A stretch of DNA of 64,000 bases, from contig NZ_JASGDK010000070.1 of the NCBI RefSeq assembly GCF_047607245.1, positions 11,610 through 75,609 of the forward strand, in the 5' to 3' direction. Positions 9,563-18,527 of this stretch are shown here, one piece after another (position 1 is the first letter of the stretch; each line of letters starts with the position of its first letter). This DNA is from Desulfovibrio sp. Lineage in GTDB: Bacteria; Desulfobacterota; Desulfovibrionia; Desulfovibrionales; Desulfovibrionaceae. A model generated the notes under the pieces. That model worked only from the letters and a program-made list of their open reading frames with translations. It made no database searches and was not told where the DNA came from. A program made the position numbers and the translations under genes.

Positions 9563-9744
9563 GCCGCCGCAGGGTTGAGGTTTATGCTCAAGAATTCAGT
9601 ATACGCCCAGCGGCGGCAGCGCGCAATACGGCGCGGGGCAGGTACCCCCACAGATCAGGTATTTGCATGAATGCCGTGAAGATGTATGTTTGCAAGGTGG
9701 ATTAAGGCCTTTCGACCATTCAAGCCCTTCCCCCTGGAGGATAC

Positions 9745-11748
9745 ATGGCAACCAAAACCACAATATATACGGAAATCGTGCCCTTGGGCGACGCGCTCGA
9801 CAAGCTGCTCAGAGCGCTGGACGCTTCACGCACGGCCAGCGGCCAGGACAATTTGCCCCAGCCAGTTTCCTGCCCCACAGCAGAAGCTGACGGCCGCGTG
9901 CTGAGCACATTCGTGGCAGCCGCAAGCCCCTATCCCCCCTTCCCCTTGGCAGCCGCCAACGGCTACGCCCTCAAGGCCGCAGATACATACGCCGCAACCA
10001 GCGCTGCCCCCGCCTTGCTTCAGGAGGGCAAAACCTGCTTCGCCGTCACCTCTGGCGATGCCTTGCCTCCCTCTTGCGATGCCGTGGCCCTGTCTGTTCA
10101 TGCTGCCGTGGACGGCAAAGGCGGCGTCAGCATCACGGCCCCCATGCTGCCCTGGCTGCACGTGCGGCGCGCCGGAGCCGACATGGCAGCAGGAGAAACT
10201 CTTTTCAGCCGCAACCACATTCTGCGGCCTGGGGACATCGGCGCACTTGTGGCAGCCGGGGTAGACAGTGTGCAGGTGTGGGGCAAACCGCATATCTTCC
10301 TGGCGACAGCAGGCGGCAGCTTTATGAGCCCGCCGAAACAGACCGGAGACGTTGCCGCAGCAACGCCAAGCCAGCTGATTGACGGAATTACCCCGGCTCT
10401 TGCCGCCAGGGCCCAAGGTTTAGGCTGCCTTGCCCACCCGTCTGCCCCTCTGGAAGCAGACGCGCAAGCCATACGCAATTTTTTTCAGACCTCAATTAAA
10501 GCCGGAGCCCACGCCCTTGTTTTGTGCGTGACCGATGCGGCCACATTGGGCGTTGTGCGCACCCTGCTGGAGGCAGAGGGGCAGATTGTGGCCCCCAACG
10601 TGGGCATGCTGCCCGGCGCGCCCACAATGATTGCCGTTTATGACGGCAGGCCCGTGTTCTGCCTCCCTGCCAGCCCTGCCGGCACGTTTACGGCTTTTGC
10701 GGCCATTGTGGTTCCGGCTCTACTGCTGATGTCCCGCCGCCCTGCGCACTATTTTTCTGGCATTTTGCCGGGCTCGATGGATGAATTCGGCGACCTGACC
10801 GTAGAACTTGCTGCCAGCCTGCCTGCGCATCCGGGACTTGACGTTTTTTCGCCTCTGGCCTTGAGCCGTGTGGCGGAAAAAACCGTGGCCCTGCCCTTGC
10901 GCCTGGGCGAGGGCTATAAAACTGCGGTTCGCGTTCAGGGCCTCGCTCACGTCACCGCCAATGGCAAGGGCGCTCCCCTTGGCAGCACGGTTCGCGCCCG
11001 CCCCCTCTGCCCGGTAGACAGCCTGTACAGCACGCTTTTCTGCGCTGGAGGCAACGACATGGTGCTGGACCTTATGGCTGATGAGCTGCTGCGCCTGCCG
11101 CATGCAGTGCAACTGGTTTCAGCAGGTGCTGACGCCACGGACGCCTTGACCGCCCTGAAAAGTAATCATTGCCATATGGCCGTGCTGCACATGGCCGACG
11201 ATGACAAGGGCGAGTTCAATTTTGCCTTTGTGCAAGAGCACTTGCCCCGGGTTAAGGTTGCTCTTGTAAATCTGGTAGTCCGTCAGGTGGGCCTGGTGGT
11301 TCCGGCAGGCAATCCGCTGCAAATCAAGAGTATTGCCGACATCAAGGATAAAAAACTACGTTGCGTCAACAGGCAGGCAGGGTCAAGCACGCGCCTGCAA
11401 TTTGATGCCCTTGTGCGCCATGCCGGGCTGACCCCGCAGGATATTTCCGGCTACGAAGTGGAAGTGGAAAGCCAGCTGGCAGTGGCAGCCGCAGTGCTTA
11501 CGGGCAAGGCTGATTGCGGACCGGGAGTGGCAGCTGCCGCCAAGGCAATGGGTCTGGATTTCGTGCCGCTGGGCGGCGAGCGGTGGGATCTTGTCATACC
11601 CGAAGCCTTTCTTGCCGACCCGCGTGTGTTAAGTGTTGAAAACCTGCTGCAACAGGCAGAATTCAAAAAACGCATCACAGCCCTTGGTGGCTATGAAATA
11701 AATTTGACAGGACAAAAAGTTGAGCTTGGCGTTCGCCTTGGAGCATGA
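9745..11748 (+). CDS. moeA: MoeA-type molybdopterin molybdenumtransferase fused to a C-terminal periplasmic-binding-protein-like (PBP) oxyanion-binding domain
   Basis: RBS GGAGG 9736-9740. The N-terminal two thirds have MoeA-like layout (GDALDKLL..., ...RRAGADMAAGETLF...RPGDIGALVAAGV). The C-terminal ~230 aa (LVSAGADATDALTALKSNHCHMAVLH...RQAGSSTRLQFD) resembles a PBP-like domain. Confidence 0.75.
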   Translation: MATKTTIYTEIVPLGDALDKLLRALDASRTASGQDNLPQPVSCPTAEADGRVLSTFVAAASPYPPFPLAAANGYALKAADTYAATSAAPALLQEGKTCFAVTSGDALPPSCDAVALSVHAAVDGKGGVSITAPMLPWLHVRRAGADMAAGETLFSRNHILRPGDIGALVAAGVDSVQVWGKPHIFLATAGGSFMSPPKQTGDVAAATPSQLIDGITPALAARAQGLGCLAHPSAPLEADAQAIRNFFQTSIKAGAHALVLCVTDAATLGVVRTLLEAEGQIVAPNVGMLPGAPTMIAVYDGRPVFCLPASPAGTFTAFAAIVVPALLLMSRRPAHYFSGILPGSMDEFGDLTVELAASLPAHPGLDVFSPLALSRVAEKTVALPLRLGEGYKTAVRVQGLAHVTANGKGAPLGSTVRARPLCPVDSLYSTLFCAGGNDMVLDLMADELLRLPHAVQLVSAGADATDALTALKSNHCHMAVLHMADDDKGEFNFAFVQEHLPRVKVALVNLVVRQVGLVVPAGNPLQIKSIADIKDKKLRCVNRQAGSSTRLQFDALVRHAGLTPQDISGYEVEVESQLAVAAAVLTGKADCGPGVAAAAKAMGLDFVPLGGERWDLVIPEAFLADPRVLSVENLLQQAEFKKRITALGGYEINLTGQKVELGVRLGA

Positions 11749-11839
11749 TAAGAAAAAAGCCCCGCCGTCGGCAAACGGAGGGGCTGGGTATGGAGCGGAC
11801 TGCGGCAGATCAGTCCGACCCTGGAGGAGAAGGGCAATT

Positions 11840-13048
11840 TCACGGCATGGGGCGCAACGAGTTGGTGTAGATTCTCGCCACACGTTGGCGTGAACTCCTG
11901 ACTGGCGCCACCGAGAGCAGAAGACCCAGCGAAGGCGTCTGCTCGACGAAGTTGCAAAACTCTTCCACATCTGACTCCTGGACTCCAAAGTCCAGGAGTT
12001 TTTGATTTATGCCCAGGCTGAAAAGCCAGTCTTCCACGGCTTTGGCAGCTGTTGCGGCTTCATCCGGCTCGCCTTTGAGGCCGGGAGCCAGGGGCTCAAG
12101 CACATGAGCCAGCACATCGGGCCGGGCTGCATAACATTCGCCAATGACGGCGGGCAGCAGCATTGCCAGCGCCAGGCCGTGCGGCACATCCCTGAAGCGG
12201 CTCAGTGGCTGCTCAAGCGCATGCGCCATGTGCAAAAGACTGTTATCAAAAGCCACCCCGGCCTGAAGCGCCGCCATGCACAATCCGTAACGGGCCTTGA
12301 GGTTTTCCGGTTCGGCAAGCACTATGGGCAACCATGTATGCACCAGGCGCACAGTCTCGCTCGCCAGAGTTACAACCAGAGGGTTAGCCAACGTCGTTGT
12401 AGAGGCCTCCACAACTCTGCACAGTGCATCTATAGACACATAGCGGCTTTGCTCTGCCGAAAGCCCGGTCATGAGTGCCGGATCGTCGATGGCATAGCGG
12501 GGGTAACTACAGTCATGTCCAACAATGGACCTGTGATTTCGCCCGGCTACGGTAACCACAGCAAACCGGTTGACTTCACTGCCCGTGCCGTGGGTAAGAT
12601 TGACGGCAATTAGTGGAAGGGCCTTTTGGGGCGTGAAGCGAAAGCAAAAAAGATCTTCGGCGCTTTTGCCGGGGTTGGCCAACAGGATGGCTGCCCCTTT
12701 TCCACAGTCCAGGGGGCTTCCGCCGCCGATGGCCAGCACTGCGCCCGCATTGACTGCCCTGCCGAGCGCGGCTGCATCATTAACAATATCCGTTGTCGGA
12801 TTGGGTGTGACCCTGTTGTACAAGGCCAGCACAATACCCTGTTTCTGCGCTGCGGCTTCGGCCTTGTCCCACGCGCCCGAAGCGCGGTAGGCATGCCCTC
12901 CGCAAACGCAGAGCACCGACGAAACGCCCTCATTTTTCAAATTTCCCAGGATGTAGCCAATCCTGTCTATTGCGCCAACGCCGACATAAGCCGTTGTTTT
13001 AACGCGAATTTCACGAACCGTGTCATAGTTATAACAATTGTCCCACAC
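11840..13048 (-). CDS. Iron-containing (group III) alcohol dehydrogenase
   Basis: GTG start with a GGGAGG RBS. Contains LAIGGGSPLDCGK (NAD-binding GGGS) and metal-binding His motifs (LLHMAHALEQPL, VPHG). Confidence 0.8.
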   Translation of the reverse strand: MWDNCYNYDTVREIRVKTTAYVGVGAIDRIGYILGNLKNEGVSSVLCVCGGHAYRASGAWDKAEAAAQKQGIVLALYNRVTPNPTTDIVNDAAALGRAVNAGAVLAIGGGSPLDCGKGAAILLANPGKSAEDLFCFRFTPQKALPLIAVNLTHGTGSEVNRFAVVTVAGRNHRSIVGHDCSYPRYAIDDPALMTGLSAEQSRYVSIDALCRVVEASTTTLANPLVVTLASETVRLVHTWLPIVLAEPENLKARYGLCMAALQAGVAFDNSLLHMAHALEQPLSRFRDVPHGLALAMLLPAVIGECYAARPDVLAHVLEPLAPGLKGEPDEAATAAKAVEDWLFSLGINQKLLDFGVQESDVEEFCNFVEQTPSLGLLLSVAPVRSSRQRVARIYTNSLRPMP

Positions 13049-13803
13049 GGCTGCCTCCCGCGATGACGCTGGGCGTACTATTGCTCTGCAATAAATTAGA
13101 ATGAATACAGGCCTAGGTCAAGGACCTGCGCAATTTTTCACATAAATTTAGCAAAATATTTATTCTTGATAAAAATAGCGAGCCACAGTATTTATAGCGT
13201 TTGTGAATTTTTAGGCAAGATATAAATCCGCCTAACCTACCGACTTCATTGACCAGTGCCCTCCTCATGCCCGCTCGATTTACAAAATCCTCCTCTGTCA
13301 GACGGTTCTTCGGCAACGAACTGCTCGCAGGTTGCGGCTTCACCTGAGAACAAAAGTAAACCATCCCAAGCCAGAAGAACACTCTTGCGTGCTTGATCAG
13401 AAGAGAAAAACCCCAGAACACGCTCCTCTCCAGGCACAGAAATAACAGTATAACTGCCTGCGATTGCACTGTCTGAGGGAATAGGCTTGCCCCAAGTACC
13501 AGCATAGCCCAATCAATTCATATGCTACGGCGGCAGCATGGCCGATTTTGAACTATAGTCTGCATGCGGCCATCCGGCCCACACCTCAATTTCTGCTGGC
13601 ACGCCTTCTGCGGTCTGCCTCTTGCCGAACCATATGTTGCCGGAAGCATATCTCGGCAAAATGCCATTCTTAAAATGCAGCTGGGCATGCCAAAGCGATA
13701 AAGCCAAAGCCAGCCGCTGAAATGCGAAAGAGCCCGGAACGCAAAGCTCCGGGCTCCATTTTGTTGGTGTAGTCCGCTATAGAGCGCTCAAGGCGTGCAA
13801 TAA

Positions 13804-14232
13804 CTACTTGGGCACAGCCAGAATAACTTGTGAAGCCTTCACTATGGCTGTTATTTTTTTGCCGGGAGCCAGAGCCAGCTTGTCTACGCTGCCCATAGTC
13901 ACAATGGAGGTAATGCCCTTGCCGCCGGGCAGGTCAACCTGCACCTCGGCATTGACAGCCCCAGGAGTGACCTTGCTGATGGTTCCCGCAAACTGGTTGC
14001 GGGTAGAGAGCAGATAGTTTTCGGCATCATCCATCAGCAGCACAAAGCTGGCCTTGATCAGGGCAATGGCTTCCGCACCGGGCTTGAGACCCAATTTCTT
14101 GGTGCTGACCTGCGTGATGGAAGCAACAATGTTAAGCCCGCCTTCGACGGCCAGCTCCACTTCATCATTGACGGCACCAGAATGCACCGCCACAACCTTG
14201 CCCTTGAAAACATTTCTCGCGCTTGTTTGCAT
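13804..14232 (-). CDS. mop: Tandem TOBE-domain molybdate/molybdopterin-binding protein (Mop/ModG-like)
   Basis: Two copies of the TOBE pattern (SARNVFKGKV...VAS IT..S...LGLKPG..A.A.IKAS.V and TRNQFAGTI...TSIVT..S...LAL.PG..ITAIVKASQV). AAGGA RBS. Confidence 0.85.
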   Translation of the reverse strand: MQTSARNVFKGKVVAVHSGAVNDEVELAVEGGLNIVASITQVSTKKLGLKPGAEAIALIKASFVLLMDDAENYLLSTRNQFAGTISKVTPGAVNAEVQVDLPGGKGITSIVTMGSVDKLALAPGKKITAIVKASQVILAVPK

Positions 14233-14876
14233 ATGAACATCCTTTATGCCGGGCGAAACCCTGGCTGGTAAACGCGAAAATTCTTTTTCGCATGCTGGTA
14301 GTATACACTACTGGAGCGCGCATTGCCACACAGACACGCTGAGTGTGTAAAACAGTAATAATCATTGCTATTACAGCTTGTTAAAAGTACACGCACTGAA
14401 GGCTTACCCCAGTATACTCCATATAAATGCCAGCGGGCCGATCACACGACCGGCCCGCTGGCTAAAAAACACAAGAAAGACAACCTGTAGCGTATAACCT
14501 TTGGGCATATGCAGCTCAAAGAGCAAGACACGTCTGTTGCGGCGTTTACCCGCCCACAAAATTCCTTTGTACTCGCAGCCGGATGGGCCAGCTGGCATGA
14601 GAAAAAAACTGTTGTAACCCAAGCTGTCTTTGCGGCAAATCGTCAGCGAGCCCTGCCAATGGCGACAACTATTGCGTGGAACTGACCGGAACGTTGCCAA
14701 GTTTGCCAACGATGCTAAGACGTTATGCCGCAACCGCAAATCACGTGTAAGCCTTGCGTCGCAACGCTTGAGCACCCGCAGGCGCTATGCGCAAATGTCA
14801 AAGCCGCGTCAGGCCTTCATTCCGTACGACTCTCGCGGGTCTTCAGAGTAACCCACCTTGAAGCGGTTCCAGAGGA

Positions 14877-15025
14877 GTACTGATTAAAGAGCCACCTGGA
14901 AACGCGTAGTTATTTCGTCTGGCAAGGCGCGATCTTTTTTGAAGCAGGAGTGGACTCTTCCATCCTCGACTGATCCAAAAAAGTGACGCACCGCAGCCAA
15001 ACGGAATAAATCAGCGTTTCCCTAG
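14877..15025 (-). repeat. Copy A of a ~145-bp dispersed intergenic repeat (inverted relative to copy B at 47451-47592)
   Basis: The reverse complement of 14877-15025 aligns end to end with 47451-47592. By manual alignment roughly 85-90% of positions are identical, with small indels in A/T runs. Confidence 0.8.
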
Positions 15026-15414
15026 ATGTCTTCTGTCACCCAATCCACAACCTCGGCCATCCGCTTGAGGGTATACCGATGCTGAGGACTCTTGAACGCG
15101 AGATCATCCAGGGAACCTTCAAGCCGATAGATGCGCCAATCGCCTTCGGGAAGAGCGCCACGCGCCACGGCATAGCCCACGGCTGCCCGTGCAGCACCTG
15201 GCGAACAGAAAAGCTCGAACTCCTGCGCAACAGGGTCCAGCACCACTTCTGATCCGCTGGCGATATCAATAATATAATTGCCGGGAGCGAACACATACAC
15301 GAAGGGGCATGGTTCAGCAGGCGGCGCCTGATCCGCTTCAGCTACAGGCGCTGTCTTGACGCAGGCCAGCAGGGGCAGAGCCAATAACGCTACCAGCAAA
15401 AGACGTATTTGCAT
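15022..15414 (-). CDS. Small lipoprotein of unknown function
   Basis: ATG 15414 with a GAGGAAG RBS; signal/lipobox MQIRLLLVALLALPLLAC. The track ORF 15022..15828 is over-extended and would overlap htpX. Confidence 0.6.
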   Translation of the reverse strand: MQIRLLLVALLALPLLACVKTAPVAEADQAPPAEPCPFVYVFAPGNYIIDIASGSEVVLDPVAQEFELFCSPGAARAAVGYAVARGALPEGDWRIYRLEGSLDDLAFKSPQHRYTLKRMAEVVDWVTEDI

Positions 15415-15508
15415 TGTCTTCCTCAATATGGTGGGTCTGATAAACCCGACAGAGCCAGTACGGCCCGTTATCTGCGCGGTGCTGCGCCCATTACCAGCGT
15501 TTCCGGCA

Positions 15509-16372
15509 TCAGCGCCGGGAGGCTGCCATAGCCTGAAGCCTGCGAATGCGCTCTTCCAAAGGCGGATGCGTGCTGAAAAGATTGGCCATGCTGCTGTGAG
15601 CGAACATAGGCGACACGATGAACATCTGCTCGGTGCTAGGATTGCCTTCACGCATGGGAATTCGCCCGCTGGCGGCCCCAAGTTTGGCAAGAGCGCCTGC
15701 CAGCGCCAAGGGCTGGCCGCAAAGCTCTGCCCCTGTATCGTCAGCAAGATACTCCCGCGAGCGCGAAATAGCCATCTGCACAAGGCCAGCAGCCATAGGG
15801 GCCAGCAAAGCCATTGCCAGCGCCGCAATGGGATTCACGCCGCCGCCCTCGCCGTCACGGTTGCCGCCGCCAAATATGGCCGTGAACTGGAAGATATTGG
15901 CCATGGTCACAATGGCCGAGGCCATAACCCCGGCGATAGTCTGAATAAGAATATCCCTGTTTACAATATGTCCTATTTCGTGGGCCACCACACCGCGCAG
16001 TTCTTCGGGCGGCAACAAACGCATGAGGCCTTCAGTCACCGCCACCACCGCATTTTCAGGATTACGCCCGGTGGCAAAAGCATTGGGGGCTTCTTCGGGA
16101 ACCACGCAGACGCGTGGTTTGGGAATGCCAGCGTTGTAGGCCAGCTCATCAACAATTTTATGCAGATATGGAGCTTCTTCCGGGGCCAGTTCACGAGCCC
16201 GGTACATAGAAAGCACAATCTTGTCCGAGTACCAGTAACTGCCCACATTCATGAGCAGGGCCATGCCGAAGGCGATGATAATGCCCGTGCGCCCGCCAAG
16301 CAGGCCGCCAAGCACTATGATGATGCCCGAAAGCAAACCCAGAAGAAGAACTGTCTTGATCTGGCTGGTCAT
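15509..16372 (-). CDS. htpX: Zinc metalloprotease HtpX (M48 family)
   Basis: Two N-terminal TM helices, the HEIGH zinc motif (VVAHEIGHIVNRD) and a C-terminal REYLADD motif. GAGGAG RBS. Confidence 0.9.
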   Translation of the reverse strand: MTSQIKTVLLLGLLSGIIIVLGGLLGGRTGIIIAFGMALLMNVGSYWYSDKIVLSMYRARELAPEEAPYLHKIVDELAYNAGIPKPRVCVVPEEAPNAFATGRNPENAVVAVTEGLMRLLPPEELRGVVAHEIGHIVNRDILIQTIAGVMASAIVTMANIFQFTAIFGGGNRDGEGGGVNPIAALAMALLAPMAAGLVQMAISRSREYLADDTGAELCGQPLALAGALAKLGAASGRIPMREGNPSTEQMFIVSPMFAHSSMANLFSTHPPLEERIRRLQAMAASRR

Positions 16373-16598
16373 GCTTACTCCTCAATATGCAAAGATTGCG
16401 CGCCGTACTTTCAGACGCCACAATATACTATAAGCATCGGGCACCCGCTGGCAAGATGGCTCTGCCAGAGTGGCGGCCCCAGTCAGGCTTTTCAGTATAC
16501 CCTGCCCCTTTGACCGTTTTAACCGTGCGTCGCGAGAACAGTTCAGTCGCCGGACTGCACGCAATACTTTCAGCGTTTCAGGCAGGGCAAAGACAATG

Positions 16599-18527
16599 TT
16601 ACTGCTGCACGGGCTTCTGCCGCGCCTGCCACCACAGTTGAAAGACCAGCAGCGTCCACAAGGGCTTGCGCAAGTCGGCCCTGCCGGAAATGTGCTCATC
16701 CATAAGGGCGCGCACGGCAACGGGGTCAAAGATCCCCTGGGCCTTGAGGCTGTCTGCGCTGAGCAGGTCTTCCATAAGGGGACGCATACGCCCGCGCAGC
16801 CACTGAGCCACGGGAATCTGAAAACCCCGTTTGTTGCGGTACAAGATTTCTTTGGGCAACAGGCCCGCAAAAGCTTTTTTGAGCAGCCACTTGCGCTTGA
16901 ATCCGTGGAGCTTGCGGTCCACAGGCAGGCGCGCGGCGAATTCGGCCACGTCCTTGTCCAGAAAGGGCGCGCGCACTTCAAGGCTGTGCAGCATGGAGCA
17001 ACGGTCCACTTTGACAAGGATGTCGTCCAGCATGAACTGACGCGCATAAACGTGAAAGGCCCGCGCCAGCGGAGCTGCCGCGCCATACGGCTGCCAGTGC
17101 TCAAACTGCTCGCGCGTAGGAGCAAAAAGACGTTCCGGCGAAAGAACGCCCGGCGCTTGCGCCTTGAAGCTTCCGGTCAGAATTTCCGCCTGCATGTCGG
17201 GGGTAAAGGCTGTGAGCATGGTTTGCACGCGCTGCCAGGCAGGAGCTTGCGCCGCACGCAAAAACGTGGCCACAGCAAGGCGCGGATTGATATATCCGGC
17301 AGACGAAGGCAGGCGGCGGGCAAGGGGCTCCACAATCTTGTTCCGCACCAGCGCGGGCAAGGCATTATACCATTCAGCCACCTTGAAGCCTATGTAATGT
17401 TCGTAGCCAGCCCACAATTCGTCCGCGCCGTCGCCGCCAAGGGCCACAGTGACCTTTTCACGAGTCACGCCCGACAGCAGCCAGGTAGGAGCCACAGAGG
17501 CGTCGGCCATCGGCACGTCCATTCTGCTCACGATTCCCGGCAGATTGTCGGCACACTCCTCGGCAGAAAGCACGCGCTCGTGGTGGTCGGTGCCAAAGGC
17601 CTCGGCCACAATGCGCGCATAGCGCGATTCGTCGTAACTGGCTTCACTGAATCCAATGGAGAAAGTCTTTATGGGTGTGGAAGATTGCCGCGCCATAAGG
17701 CCAGCCACAATGGAAGAATCAATGCCACCCGAAAGAAAGACGCCCAGAGGCACATCGCTGACCATGCGACGCCGCACAGCCCGCGCCAGCAAAAATTGCA
17801 GTTCTTCGCCAAGCTGCTCGGTGCCGCGCCTGTCATTTTCATCAGGCGTGGGCATGTCCCAATAACGGCCAGTGCGCAGGACGCCGCCCTCAAGCAGCAG
17901 CCAATGGGCGGGCGGCAGGCTTTCCACTTCCGCATATATAGTCTGCGGCGTGGGCACATACTCGTAAGCCAGATAGCGCATAACGGCTTCTGGCTGCATA
18001 GTCAGATTCAGGCCGGGTACTTTTTCAAGGGCCGTCATCTCCGAGGCGAAATGCAGCCTGCCCTGCTGCACGGTGTAGAAAAAGGGCTTCTTGCCGAAAG
18101 GATCACGCGCGCAGAAAAGCCGCTGCTGGACAGAATCCCACAGGGCAAAGGCAAACATGCCATTGAAGCGGGCAAGGCAATTCACGCCCCACTGCCGGTA
18201 CCCTTCAAGAATGACTTCCGTATCCGAACTGGTGCGAAAACGCGCGCCGTTGGCTGCAAGTTCTTCTTTCAGTTCCGCAAAATTGTAAATTTCACCATTG
18301 AATATGACCGTATAGCGTTCGTCGACGCTGTGCATGGGCTGCCCGCCCGTGCCCAGGTCAATGATGGAAAGACGCCTGTGGCCCAGGCATACAGGCCCGC
18401 TTAACCATTGCCCTTCGCCATCAGGTCCACGATGGGCGATGCGGTCGGTCATGGCCTTCACCCAGTGAAGGGCCTGGGGGTCAAGCGGCGAGGCTTCCAG
18501 TTGGCAAATACCGGCTATTCCACACAT
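16599..18527 (-). CDS. AsnB-family glutamine-hydrolysing amidotransferase (asparagine-synthase-like)
   Basis: The mature N-terminus MCGIAGI carries the Ntn Cys2 nucleophile, so the start is ATG 18527 rather than 18542. PP-loop FLSGGIDSS. It overlaps the upstream GT4 stop by 13 nt. Confidence 0.85.
   Translation of the reverse strand: MCGIAGICQLEASPLDPQALHWVKAMTDRIAHRGPDGEGQWLSGPVCLGHRRLSIIDLGTGGQPMHSVDERYTVIFNGEIYNFAELKEELAANGARFRTSSDTEVILEGYRQWGVNCLARFNGMFAFALWDSVQQRLFCARDPFGKKPFFYTVQQGRLHFASEMTALEKVPGLNLTMQPEAVMRYLAYEYVPTPQTIYAEVESLPPAHWLLLEGGVLRTGRYWDMPTPDENDRRGTEQLGEELQFLLARAVRRRMVSDVPLGVFLSGGIDSSIVAGLMARQSSTPIKTFSIGFSEASYDESRYARIVAEAFGTDHHERVLSAEECADNLPGIVSRMDVPMADASVAPTWLLSGVTREKVTVALGGDGADELWAGYEHYIGFKVAEWYNALPALVRNKIVEPLARRLPSSAGYINPRLAVATFLRAAQAPAWQRVQTMLTAFTPDMQAEILTGSFKAQAPGVLSPERLFAPTREQFEHWQPYGAAAPLARAFHVYARQFMLDDILVKVDRCSMLHSLEVRAPFLDKDVAEFAARLPVDRKLHGFKRKWLLKKAFAGLLPKEILYRNKRGFQIPVAQWLRGRMRPLMEDLLSADSLKAQGIFDPVAVRALMDEHISGRADLRKPLWTLLVFQLWWQARQKPVQQ

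Noticed and set aside
13113-13505. 130-aa minus-strand ORF overlapping the 88-aa ORF (13246-13512) in another frame.
   Set aside because: The hydrophobic sequence looks like a frame artefact, with no start context. Only the island as a whole is flagged.
14233-14400. I looked for a Moco riboswitch or ModE operator upstream of the mop gene. The region has a GCGAAAA-N4-TTTTCGC hairpin and a GTAGT-ATAC-ACTAC dyad.
   Set aside because: I could not recognise the conserved Moco-motif core or the ModE consensus (CGnTATATA-N-TATATAnCG). The dyads are short, so they are not reported as features.
14404-14775. 123-aa minus-strand ORF between mop and the repeat element.
   Set aside because: It is Arg/Leu-rich, has no motif and no RBS. 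I treat it as intergenic noise.
15022-15828. Over-extended N-termini in the ORF track: 15022-15828, 35593-37170, 6776-7729, 20034-21149, 5331-6017, 16599-18542, 29997-31010, 33565-34602, 47896-48354, 48347-48682, 58897-61179 and 23960-28528.
   Set aside because: Internal start codons with proper Shine-Dalgarno sequences give proteins with canonical N-termini, such as MCGIAG for the amidotransferase and MQNDLPKGF for ArgJ. The extensions would overlap upstream genes or add non-protein-like sequence.
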